A stretch of DNA of 64,000 bases from a virus: IMG/VR virus record IMGVR_UViG_3300028549_001513; one strand, written 5' to 3'. Every line of letters starts with the position of its first letter. The first letter of the stretch is position 1. A program made the translations under genes and the position numbers. The notes beneath the pieces are model-generated. The model was not told the origin of the DNA, did no database searches, and saw nothing but the letters and a program-made list of their open reading frames with translations. This document shows, piece after piece, positions 7,051-14,367 of the stretch.

Positions 7051-7067
7051 AATTAAATTCATATCAA

Positions 7068-7502
7068 ATGAAAAGAAAAGCAAAACAAGTACAATTTACA
7101 TCAGAGCACATGCTATTCATATGGAAAAGATTTAGATATATCAAAGAGATAGATCTAGCATGGTATTTCAACGAAAAAGAAATAAGCCAATCAGGATGTT
7201 GCGTGGAAATAAGGAACGAGAGCGCTGAATTAATAGCGTGTGGAACCTTAGTAAAAAACAATCTAGAGTTCTCAGCAGTGGCAGAGTCCGAAAGAGGAAA
7301 AAAATTGCAGTGTCTGTTAATAAAGAAAAGACTTGAATTTCTGAAAGAAAACACAGACTATAAAGAAGCAGAAATGAATGTAAGATGCCAGAATGTGGCG
7401 TCATGGAAAAATGCATTAAACTGTGGATTTAGAATAAAATCCAAAATGAGATTTGATAACGATGACGAAGGGTTCTTATTAACAAAAGAAATTAATCATT
7501 AA
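7068..7502 (+). CDS. GNAT-family N-acetyltransferase-like protein
   Basis: Start trimmed to ATG 7068, downstream of the tRNA. ERGKKLQCLLIKKRLEFL resembles the Q/RxxGxG/A segment. NVASWKNALNCGFRI resembles the GNAT C-terminal motif. Confidence 0.65.
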   Translation: MKRKAKQVQFTSEHMLFIWKRFRYIKEIDLAWYFNEKEISQSGCCVEIRNESAELIACGTLVKNNLEFSAVAESERGKKLQCLLIKKRLEFLKENTDYKEAEMNVRCQNVASWKNALNCGFRIKSKMRFDNDDEGFLLTKEINH

Positions 7503-7505
7503 TTT

Positions 7506-7631
7506 ATGGCAAAAACTGAAAGACAAAGAAAATGGGATGGTTCTTCCGTGAAGGAAAATGATCTACGAAAAGACAAAGCAGAGTCAAGAAAACCAAAGAT
7601 GAAACCATTCACTAAAAAGGAAAGGATTTAA
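7506..7631 (+). CDS. small basic ORF (41 aa, MAKTERQRKW..)
   Basis: Hand-translated. Exactly fills the gap between neighbours (stop 7629-7631, next ATG 7633). Below the track threshold. Confidence 0.35.
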   Translation: MAKTERQRKWDGSSVKENDLRKDKAESRKPKMKPFTKKERI

Positions 7632-7632
7632 T

Positions 7633-8139
7633 ATGGGATGGACGAAAGAAACACTAAAGAAAACTTGCATACTTATTACAAGTAGATCGCAAGGTAAAAG
7701 AGCTTTGGCCTTCTATAAATCATTTGGGTTTATTATACTTGATAAGTACTTCGGAATTGGATGCTTCATAAGGGTGGCTAAATACGACGAAAATATTATT
7801 TCGATACACCCAAACCAACAGGGCAAAACTCAAATAAAAGTTCCTTCAGTTCCTCGTCGTAAATTTCCACGAGAAATGATGGTATCTGATGACAAAAAAA
7901 TCTGGATAAGAAGAATTGTTTATGGTAAAATAAAAACAAATAAGCCTTTTATAGTACATTGGATCTATTCAGAAACATACGAAGGATTTAAGTATGCAAA
8001 AGAACTAGAACAAATTCAAAAAGTTAATTTAGAAGACATAGAGTCTCTATCTGAATTAGCAGGAAGAATGAATGCCTCTAAAAACCCTGACTTTGATTGG
8101 GAGGCATATGAAAAAGCAACATTAGAAAATCAAATTTAA
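7633..8139 (+). CDS. hypothetical protein, paralog of 533..970
   Basis: Shared blocks FYKSFGF, KFPREMMVSDD and FKYAKE. Confidence 0.75.
   Translation: MGWTKETLKKTCILITSRSQGKRALAFYKSFGFIILDKYFGIGCFIRVAKYDENIISIHPNQQGKTQIKVPSVPRRKFPREMMVSDDKKIWIRRIVYGKIKTNKPFIVHWIYSETYEGFKYAKELEQIQKVNLEDIESLSELAGRMNASKNPDFDWEAYEKATLENQI
7861..7895 (+). repeat. second copy of the 35-nt paralog segment (see 800..834)
   Basis: 32/35 nt identical to 800-834. Confidence 0.85.
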
Positions 8140-8188
8140 CTCATTGCAATAGCAATTGGTGGAAGTTGTTCTTAACCGAACAGCCCTT

Positions 8189-8226
8189 GGGTAGCCCTAA
8201 CTCTGCTGGGGAACGGCTACCCATTT
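8189..8226 (+). terminator. hairpin, weak terminator
   Basis: GGGTAGCC(8189-8196)/GGCTACCC(8215-8222) followed by ATTT. Confidence 0.4.
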
Positions 8227-8374
8227 AACTTTAAATAGTTTATTAGTCAATAATAAAAACAAAATATGAATGATTGTAAAAATTGCGCAATAAATAATTC
8301 AAGCATGGCTTTTAGCACTTGTCATTATTGTGATAACAATAGTTGCTTTGTACGGAAAACTAATCAATAGAAAA

Positions 8375-8797
8375 ATGAGCAAAAAAGGCACATTGGCTTG
8401 GAAAAAAGACAAATATTCGCAAGCTTGTAGAATCCTAGACTACATTAACAAACAAGGAAATTTCTGCAATATCCAAAAGAAAAATGGATGTGTAACATGC
8501 GCCAATAGCGCAATGAAAACCAACAGCCTGTGCTGTGGCGGATGCGAAAATCTAACAAAAAATGGATGTAAAGCACAATCGCTATCATGCAAAATTAACT
8601 TTTGTTATTTTGGGACTGGGCCAGAGTGGAATGGATTAGTAAAAACAAATCATCACAAAATTTGGAGTGAAAAAAGAGCGAAATTTATTACTATTCTGTA
8701 TGAATTTCTTTCTATTAATAAAATTCCAATAATCGAAGATAGATGTGGAAAAAAACAAACATTTGTTTATCATAAACAAGAACTAGAAAATGAATAA
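8375..8797 (+). CDS. cysteine-rich protein
   Basis: Likely start MSKKG at 8375. Cys cluster CVTCANSAMKTNSLCCGGCENLTKNGCKAQSLSCKINFC. Confidence 0.6.
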   Translation: MSKKGTLAWKKDKYSQACRILDYINKQGNFCNIQKKNGCVTCANSAMKTNSLCCGGCENLTKNGCKAQSLSCKINFCYFGTGPEWNGLVKTNHHKIWSEKRAKFITILYEFLSINKIPIIEDRCGKKQTFVYHKQELENE

Positions 8798-9278
8798 AGA
8801 CCAAAAAGAAGTTTGTCAGGAATTGATTTTCCATGCGAATACAAAAGGAGAAGTGGTAGATGCCATGAAGGAAACGTTTCCAGGTCTAGACAAAACAGTT
8901 ATATCTGAATATGTCTATACGCAATGGAAGAAAAAGCTACCAGTTAACAAAATTTCTTTAAGAAATACAGAATATGCAGATAGATTTACAATCTTATCTA
9001 GTCTGTTATTTAAAAAAGAGATGGGTGTTATCAAAAAGATTAAAATCAGGTTGAGAAAGTCAATGAATCCAAAGCTAAGCAAAGAAAGCTATGCAGTAAC
9101 AATTGGATCATTAAATCTCAATCAGCCTGGTAGAGAGCAATTACGGGGACAATTAGTAGAATTTCATGGGTTTAGTCCAAATAAAATGAGAATTCAAGTA
9201 TCGGCATTAGATCCTAATGCGATATATGATTTTTCAATTTGGGATATAAATGCTGGATTCTATATTGAAACCGAATAA
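8790..9278 (+). CDS. hypothetical protein (162 aa)
   Basis: ORF track. 8-nt overlap with the upstream gene. Confidence 0.7.
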   Translation: MNKDQKEVCQELIFHANTKGEVVDAMKETFPGLDKTVISEYVYTQWKKKLPVNKISLRNTEYADRFTILSSLLFKKEMGVIKKIKIRLRKSMNPKLSKESYAVTIGSLNLNQPGREQLRGQLVEFHGFSPNKMRIQVSALDPNAIYDFSIWDINAGFYIETE

Positions 9279-9715
9279 AGTACGGCCCGTTAGGTCGTTT
9301 AAGTCGTCAGGAAGACGGGGCCAGCATATGCCCCTACCTCCACCAATTCGGATAGAAAGATAAGGAGCTGTACACGGCGGCCTAGGTCTTCATAGGGTTC
9401 GAATCCCTACTATCCACACATAATAATATATGGGGGTAAAAAGAATTGATTCGGACAAGATGGTAACGAATAGGACTGCACAATCCAATAAATGGAAACA
9501 ATTTTCAAATGCGTAATTACGTTGGCTTAATGTCAGCATAATTACCACTCCTGGGCGGTTTGCCGTGTTCTTCGATGAACCCAGGGGATCAAATGACAAT
9601 GCAAAGTAGGATGATGAATTCTAAGTGATATGAATAGCTAGACTAAAAGTCATATTGACTTAAGCTTAGTATCTGATCCGGTTAATCCGTAAAAGAATCG
9701 TTAATGTTCACAAAT
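9279..9715 (+). ncRNA. ORF-free GC-enriched island with hairpins and a tRNA 3' half
   Basis: Bulged helix GGCCCGT(9284-9290)/ACGGGGCC(9315-9322). CCTGGG/CCCAGG (~9550-9586). tRNA-like T arm at 9393-9417. Only an implausible minus-strand ORF is present. Confidence 0.3.
9393..9417 (+). pseudogene. tRNA 3' half (T arm plus acceptor strand)
   Basis: TAGGG-TTCGAAT-CCCTA-CTATCCA-C. An upstream cGGATAG (9349-9355) could pair with it, but no canonical D or anticodon arm can be folded in between. Confidence 0.4.
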
Positions 9716-9733
9716 TGAGCAACTCACAATTCC
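9716..9733 (+). promoter_or_regulatory. conserved motif TGAGCAACTCACAATTCC (copy 2 of 3)
   Basis: 17/18 identical to 4034-4051. Lies 46 nt upstream of ATG 9780. Confidence 0.4.
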
Positions 9734-9779
9734 AAAATGCATTGTCTTCAAATTAAACTAACTTTAATCATTATCAAAA

Positions 9780-10049
9780 ATGGAAATAACAACATGGCAT
9801 ATCGCCTTATTTATATTGTGGCTAATGTGGACAATAAAAGCAATTTATGTAATGATTAAGTACCCAGATGAATTATTTAAAGAAGATCCAGATTCAATAT
9901 GGTTTGATGATGATGGATATAGTCATTTATATTCATATACTCCACTAACTAACGCATGGATATTATTTCATTCATTTGTGGTAGTAATTCTATTGCTTTG
10001 CGGAATAATTCATATGCCAGAATGGACAAAAGTAATATTTAAAATTTAA
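9780..10049 (+). CDS. small membrane protein (two hydrophobic segments)
   Basis: ORF track. WHIALFILWLMWTIKAIYV and AWILFHSFVVVILLLCGII. Confidence 0.65.
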   Translation: MEITTWHIALFILWLMWTIKAIYVMIKYPDELFKEDPDSIWFDDDGYSHLYSYTPLTNAWILFHSFVVVILLLCGIIHMPEWTKVIFKI

Positions 10050-10060
10050 TCATTATCAAA

Positions 10061-10345
10061 ATGGCAAAGAAAGCTAAACCAATGAGAACCAAACTCTTAA
10101 AAATAGTACAAAAAGGAATTACGCTACACATGGTAACGGAATCAATTATTGACGATATGCTTGTAATACGAAATCAAGTAAAAAAGAGTTCGTTTCCTTC
10201 CGAGGTGTTTGTGTTGGGAGAAGTAGAAAAAGCAAAAGAATTAGTTCGAGAAATACGACTATCTACAGCTCGCGAAATAAAGCCAAAAAAGGGCGCAAAG
10301 CCATTAACACCAGAACAATTAGATCCAACAAAAATAGACGTTTAA
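10061..10345 (+). CDS. hypothetical protein (94 aa)
   Basis: ORF track. The upstream AATCATTATCAAAATG context matches that of 9780. Confidence 0.65.
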   Translation: MAKKAKPMRTKLLKIVQKGITLHMVTESIIDDMLVIRNQVKKSSFPSEVFVLGEVEKAKELVREIRLSTAREIKPKKGAKPLTPEQLDPTKIDV

Positions 10346-10346
10346 T

Positions 10347-10913
10347 ATGTACTATGATTGTAATGGACTGACAAAAGGGAATCTGTATCTATTGCAATGG
10401 TCAAATGTGGCCTTTATAGGCATTTTAACGCACATTACAGCCCGTTATTCTCAGAAGTGGATAGAAACTATATCTGTAGATAAAAAAGGCAAGGAAACGA
10501 TCGAAAAGAGCTTAAAACTCAATAAGCCATTGTATCCTGTATTATGCTTTAAGGCAAATGCACAACCAGATGCAGAAGCAAAGGGGATAGTAAAACGACA
10601 ATTTATTGATAGCAACGAAAAACAGTGCTATTTCACGGACCCAATAGTATCAAAGGAGAATATAGTATCCTTAGGCGCGTATGATTGGTTCATACAAAAA
10701 ATAATTGACGTAACGAATGAAAAGATATCAATAAGAAACTTGGAAGTTAATTTAATAATAGCTCAGAACATGATGAGAAAAGCTGGGGCATCAGAATTCT
10801 CAGTTAATTACGTATCTGATTTACTAAAAAATGTTGCAGTAGAGATTATTGATGAGAAACAAACAAGCTGGCAAGAACTGCTAGATTCACAAGTAAACCA
10901 ACTACCATTCTAA
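10347..10913 (+). CDS. hypothetical protein (188 aa)
   Basis: ORF track. Starts 1 nt after the upstream stop. Confidence 0.7.
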   Translation: MYYDCNGLTKGNLYLLQWSNVAFIGILTHITARYSQKWIETISVDKKGKETIEKSLKLNKPLYPVLCFKANAQPDAEAKGIVKRQFIDSNEKQCYFTDPIVSKENIVSLGAYDWFIQKIIDVTNEKISIRNLEVNLIIAQNMMRKAGASEFSVNYVSDLLKNVAVEIIDEKQTSWQELLDSQVNQLPF

Positions 10914-10915
10914 TT

Positions 10916-11047
10916 ATGGCAAAAAAAATAACAAGACAACTAGAAGAAGACCATGCAGCAATACTAAATGATCCAAATTATATAGTTTTTTGTAATAGAA
11001 ACAAAAAAGCCAAAATAAGATGGAAATTCTTTAAAGCCAATGCATGA
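10916..11047 (+). CDS. small ORF (43 aa, MAKKITRQLEED..)
   Basis: Hand-translated. Fills the gap and overlaps the next gene as ATGCATGA. Below the track threshold. Confidence 0.35.
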   Translation: MAKKITRQLEEDHAAILNDPNYIVFCNRNKKAKIRWKFFKANA

Positions 11048-11567
11048 CGTAGCTCTAATATCAGACCCTCATTTGGGCCACCCAGCTATAGCAAAAATGC
11101 GAGGATTTGACGATATTGATACATACAACGAAGAAGTCATAAGAAGATGGAATCTAGTATGTGGAAAGAAAACGTTAGTCATATTGGCTGGAGATATAGC
11201 AATGGAGAATAGTAAATATTATCATTTGCTAGACAGAATGCTTGGAAGAAAAGTGGTAGTAGGAGGAAATCATGACCTTAAAAAGGACATGGAGATTCTA
11301 CTACAGCACGTAGAAGTAGTAGTAGGCGCATTAGAATACAAACACTGTATTGTGACACATATACCAATTCATGCTCAAGAGGTAGATAGATTTTTACTAA
11401 ACATACATGGACATACTCATGCAGATTTAATAAAAAGATGGAGATATCAAGCTGGAGGTTATGTAGCTACTGAAACGGTCGATAAACGATATTTCAACAT
11501 ATCGTGGGATAGATTGGAAGGAATTCCAATATCATTCACAGAATTAATACAACAAAGCAAACTTTAA
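11040..11567 (+). CDS. calcineurin-like metallophosphoesterase
   Basis: SDPHLGH, LAGDIAM, GGNHD and HGHTH motifs in canonical order. Confidence 0.85.
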   Translation: MHDVALISDPHLGHPAIAKMRGFDDIDTYNEEVIRRWNLVCGKKTLVILAGDIAMENSKYYHLLDRMLGRKVVVGGNHDLKKDMEILLQHVEVVVGALEYKHCIVTHIPIHAQEVDRFLLNIHGHTHADLIKRWRYQAGGYVATETVDKRYFNISWDRLEGIPISFTELIQQSKL

Positions 11568-11571
11568 AGAC

Positions 11572-11778
11572 ATGAATGGGACAATAGTATTTCTAACAAT
11601 AACTTTTGCTATAATATGTGGGTACTACATGTCAGTAGCAATAGGATTTTTAATGATGGGGAGGCATAAAGTGCCTAAATATGTAATTGCAATATGGTTG
11701 GTTGTTTATATAATAGTCTTAATAGTAAACAAAGAATACATATTAAATAATCCATATCAAAACTATTTAATATTTTAA
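11572..11778 (+). CDS. small membrane protein
   Basis: Two hydrophobic segments (IVFLTITFAIICGYYMSVAIGFLMM and YVIAIWLVVYIIVLIV). Confidence 0.6.
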   Translation: MNGTIVFLTITFAIICGYYMSVAIGFLMMGRHKVPKYVIAIWLVVYIIVLIVNKEYILNNPYQNYLIF

Positions 11779-11791
11779 AATTCATATCAAA

Positions 11792-11986
11792 ATGAAAAAT
11801 GTAGTAATGCTTGAAGAAGGGAAACGAGGAAGAGATATCCAAGTTTTACGCGAAGTCGAAAAATGCACATGTTGCGGAAATACGACAGAAGTTATAACAA
11901 TTGACATTTCTGATGGAGAATACTCAGAACTAACGCTTTGTCAAAAGTGTATAGATGGATTCTTCAAAGAGCCGTCAAACGTTTAA
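11792..11986 (+). CDS. small zinc-ribbon-like protein
   Basis: CTCCGN....CQKC pairs. ORF track. Confidence 0.55.
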   Translation: MKNVVMLEEGKRGRDIQVLREVEKCTCCGNTTEVITIDISDGEYSELTLCQKCIDGFFKEPSNV

Positions 11987-12021
11987 AAAAAGGAGGGATG
12001 CGTCTCTACAACGCATAAATT

Positions 12022-12049
12022 GGTTTCTTAGCTCAGTTGAATAGAGCAA
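12022..12049 (+). pseudogene. 5' piece (positions 1-27) of a split tRNA-Arg(UCU)
   Basis: GGTTTCT-TA-GCTC-AGTTGAATA-GAGC-AA. The acceptor strand pairs with AGAAATC at 12622-12628. Confidence 0.7.
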
Positions 12050-12079
12050 AAAAAACGCAGTCTATAACTAGGCTGCGTT
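12046..12079 (-). terminator. intrinsic terminator of the minus-strand HNH gene
   Basis: AACGCAG(12054-12060)/CTGCGTT(12073-12079). On the minus strand the stem is followed by a T7-8 run. The stop codon lies in the loop. Confidence 0.6.
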
Positions 12080-12448
12080 TTGAAAATCAAGAGAATGTCT
12101 AAGTCTGTGACAATTAGCACAAAGAACAACGGTTTTTTCCAGTTCTTTTTCGATTGAAATAGGCTTAAGCATCCTCAATTTACCCCATCCAAATTCTTTA
12201 ATAGATGGATCAAGATGATGAAACTCAAAAATTGAATAATTAGTGTCATTAAGAGGAATACTACAATCTTGGCATTTAGAGCCAAATTGATTTATGTATT
12301 TAATTTTCAATAAGTTCCATCTAATTCCACACTTTTGATTAAAGCATCTTTTGCAATAAGACATAGTTGATCTAGTTTTCTTATTTCTCACATAAAATTC
12401 GGAAACAGGATATTCCTGTTTGCACCTGCAACATTGTTTATTTTCCAT
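12068..12448 (-). CDS. HNH endonuclease
   Basis: FEFHHLDP....VVLCANCHRLRHS. Likely ATG at 12448 (MENKQCCRCK). The track's longer form uses a TTG start. Confidence 0.85.
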   Translation of the reverse strand: MENKQCCRCKQEYPVSEFYVRNKKTRSTMSYCKRCFNQKCGIRWNLLKIKYINQFGSKCQDCSIPLNDTNYSIFEFHHLDPSIKEFGWGKLRMLKPISIEKELEKTVVLCANCHRLRHSLDFQNAA

Positions 12449-12501
12449 AATACATATAACGTAAATACGAATAGAATTGTTGTATCTAATCAAAAAAATA
12501 A

Positions 12502-12576
12502 CTTCCGGTAGCTCAATTGAATAGTAGCGACGCCCTTCTAAGGCATAGGTTCTTTGTTTGAATCCAAGTCGGAAGA
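12502..12576 (+). tRNA. tRNA-Arg(UCU), diverged copy carried next to the HNH gene
   Basis: Acceptor CTTCCGG/TCGGAAG. Anticodon loop CTTCTAA. One mismatch in each of the D stem (C.T), anticodon stem (C.A) and T stem (T.C). T loop TTTGAAT. Confidence 0.55.
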
Positions 12577-12583
12577 CAAAGAT

Positions 12584-12629
12584 CGCCCTTCTAAGGCGTG
12601 GGTCAAAGGTTTGAGTCCTTTAGAAATCA
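12584..12629 (+). pseudogene. 3' piece (positions 28-73) of the split tRNA-Arg(UCU)
   Basis: CGCC-CTTCTAA-GGCGT-GGGTC-AAAGG-TTTGAGT-CCTTT-AGAAATC-A. Confidence 0.7.
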
Positions 12630-12654
12630 CAGTAATTAATTTAATCAACAAATA

Positions 12655-12822
12655 ATGGCAAAAATAAAGGCAATAAAAGAATCTGAAGATTATATTAATA
12701 AAATAAAAGAAGGGGTTGTGTCAGTAAAAGTTATTGTAGTAAACGATAATCACACGACGATATTTCAATCCGAAGATATCTTCAAAAAAAAGACAGCAAA
12801 GCCTATAAAGGGTTTTTCTTAA
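12655..12822 (+). CDS. small ORF (55 aa, MAKIKAIKESED..)
   Basis: Hand-translated. Typical ..AATAATG context. Below the track threshold. Confidence 0.4.
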   Translation: MAKIKAIKESEDYINKIKEGVVSVKVIVVNDNHTTIFQSEDIFKKKTAKPIKGFS

Positions 12823-13324
12823 ATGGCAATCAATCAAACCAAAATAAAGTAATTAATTATGAGGAAAGATGAAAACGACCCCCACGTTGTCCGCGTGGGA
12901 AACAGAAAAGACTGCCAATTGGTCGGTGGAGTGCAGTAAGGGGATATGACTTAGCATTGAAACGCTTTATCCCCACAAAAGATTCAGATCAAAGCAAACA
13001 GATACGACGATAGCAGCCTTATGGGTTTATTGGAATTATCAATCTCATGCAGGAGATTAGTTTGTTAGATGTAGCTATAAAACATGGTGCAACAACATGC
13101 ATGTGTGAATCTATTCCGCTGCAAGGACTGAATCCCAATATTAATAGAATCGCGGTGGGCGTGCCAGGTTGGAATCTTGGGTTTCTATTAGGTTATTTGA
13201 GCAGAAATGCTCACTTAGCCACAAATAAAAGTACCACTTGCAGTGTAGGTTTTTACCTAGGCGGAGTCTCCTGAAAGGTATGGAGGTTAATTAGGAGTTG
13301 TTAACCTTAAATTTTTAAAATCTT
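12823..13324 (+). ncRNA. structured GC-enriched leader or island upstream of the sigma factor gene
   Basis: Helices CCACG/CGTGG (~12881-12897), GGGGATA/TATCCCC (~12941-12975) and TGAGCA-GAAA-TGCTCA (13198-13213). tRNA-like minihelix at 13145-13187. Confidence 0.3.
13145..13187 (+). other. tRNA-like minihelix (acceptor stem plus T arm only)
   Basis: TAGAATC - 12 nt - CCAGG-TTGGAAT-CTTGG - GTTTCTA. 6/7 acceptor pairs. Confidence 0.3.
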
Positions 13325-13927
13325 ATGAATATAAAAGAACTAGTAGAGCAGGCTAAATCCGGATCTGAAAAAGCCTTTACTGCATTATATAATCAATATT
13401 ACAGAACAGTATACTTGAATGTATTTAATATAGTAAGGAACAAGGATGTAGCAGACGACTTAACGTCAGAGACTTTTCTCAAGGCGTTTAAGAATATCAG
13501 TAAGTTTACCAAAGATATTTCTTTTGAAATGTGGTTAAAAACAATAGCAAATAATCATTCGATTGACTTTATTCGTAGCGGGAAAAAAGATCAAGACACT
13601 ATTTATATAGACAATGATGAATTGACGGAGTTTATACACACAGACTATTCAAATCCTGAAAAGGAAATGATCAAAAAAGAAGAATCATTTGATTTCGAGC
13701 AAGCTTTAGCGGAGCTAAGCCCAAGATCAAAAGAAGTATTGACTTATAGGTTTCGTGATGAATTATCTTATCAAGAGATCGCAGACAAATTGGGGCTTAG
13801 TATCGGCACAATTAAACATTACATTCACAGATACAAAAAGAAAATAATCCAAAACATTAATCCAAAAAAAGTAACAAAACATGAAAACAAATCAATTGTT
13901 TTTGGCAGGAGTAAGATTCCTAGCTAA
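13325..13927 (+). CDS. sigma-70 family (ECF-like) RNA polymerase sigma factor
   Basis: Region 2-like DVADDLTSETFLKAFKNI..WLKTIANNHSIDFIR. Region 4 helix-turn-helix LSYQEIADKLGLSIGTIKHYIHRYKKKI. Confidence 0.9.
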   Translation: MNIKELVEQAKSGSEKAFTALYNQYYRTVYLNVFNIVRNKDVADDLTSETFLKAFKNISKFTKDISFEMWLKTIANNHSIDFIRSGKKDQDTIYIDNDELTEFIHTDYSNPEKEMIKKEESFDFEQALAELSPRSKEVLTYRFRDELSYQEIADKLGLSIGTIKHYIHRYKKKIIQNINPKKVTKHENKSIVFGRSKIPS

Positions 13928-14291
13928 ATCGTTTTTAGTGGCTTTTATTGGCATTTTCTGTGGAAGTTCTATGTTAAAGGAAAGTAAACTATTCGTAGAT
14001 GTTGATGAGGCAATTGTAAGCCAAACAACAATCGAAACCGTAAAAAGTTTTGAACTACCAAAAGTGAGCAATTCTTATACAATGAACCAATCACAGAACC
14101 ATGGTGTTTTGCCTCAACAAGAAGTTTATACGTGTATTATCAGTAATGAATCCACGATGAATAAACCTTGTCAGAAAACAAAGAGGCGGCAAAATGGAAT
14201 CCAAATGCCTAGTAACAACTTTAACCGCACCACAGATGTCTGCAGGCTTGATAAGCCGCCACGCGGAGATGATATATTGAATTCGAGTTAG
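13881..14291 (+). CDS. possible membrane-anchored protein overlapping the sigma gene 3' end (candidate anti-sigma; speculative)
   Basis: N-terminal hydrophobic segment SFLVAFIGIFCGSS. 47-nt overlap with the sigma ORF. Coding status uncertain. Confidence 0.35.
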   Translation: MKTNQLFLAGVRFLAKSFLVAFIGIFCGSSMLKESKLFVDVDEAIVSQTTIETVKSFELPKVSNSYTMNQSQNHGVLPQQEVYTCIISNESTMNKPCQKTKRRQNGIQMPSNNFNRTTDVCRLDKPPRGDDILNSS

Positions 14292-14367
14292 CTTATTTGA
14301 CGCCAATCAAAAAATCTTACAAGAATTAACAATCAATTTATTATCAAAATAAAAAAGGAGGTTTAAA

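Larger units (their letters stand above)
12050..12583. mobile_element. 534-nt insertion in tRNA-Arg: antisense HNH gene with its own terminator plus a diverged full-length tRNA-Arg(UCU)
   Basis: The flanking pieces 12022-12049 and 12584-12629 join into a canonical 74-nt tRNA with perfect stems. Confidence 0.55.

Noticed and set aside
6932-7135. ORF 6932..7135 and the first 36 codons of ORF 6960..7502.
   Set aside because: They run through the tRNA-Pro-like gene (6975-7050). The GNAT-like protein starts more plausibly at ATG 7068.
8266-8370. 34-codon Cys-rich mini-ORF (MNDCKNCAINNSSMAFSTCHYCDNNSCFVRKTNQ) upstream of 8375..8797.
   Set aside because: It is too short to support without comparative or proteomic data. 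It may be real, given the CxxC..CxxC pattern, but I cannot tell.
9283-9417. tmRNA or permuted tmRNA, suggested by ..CCTCCACCA at 9340-9348 and a nearby T arm.
   Set aside because: There is no complementary 5' acceptor strand (GGAGGTA), no recognisable tag reading frame ending in a stop, and no pseudoknot pattern that I could find.
13047-13274. 75-aa ORF inside the sigma leader, and the ORFs 9390..9599(-), 16301..16486(-), 20508..20711(-), 30188..30436(-) and 92..334(-) inside ORF-free islands.
   Set aside because: They barely exceed the length threshold, overlap tRNA-like or hairpin elements, lack the usual start context, and have implausible composition. This is not excluded without proteomics.
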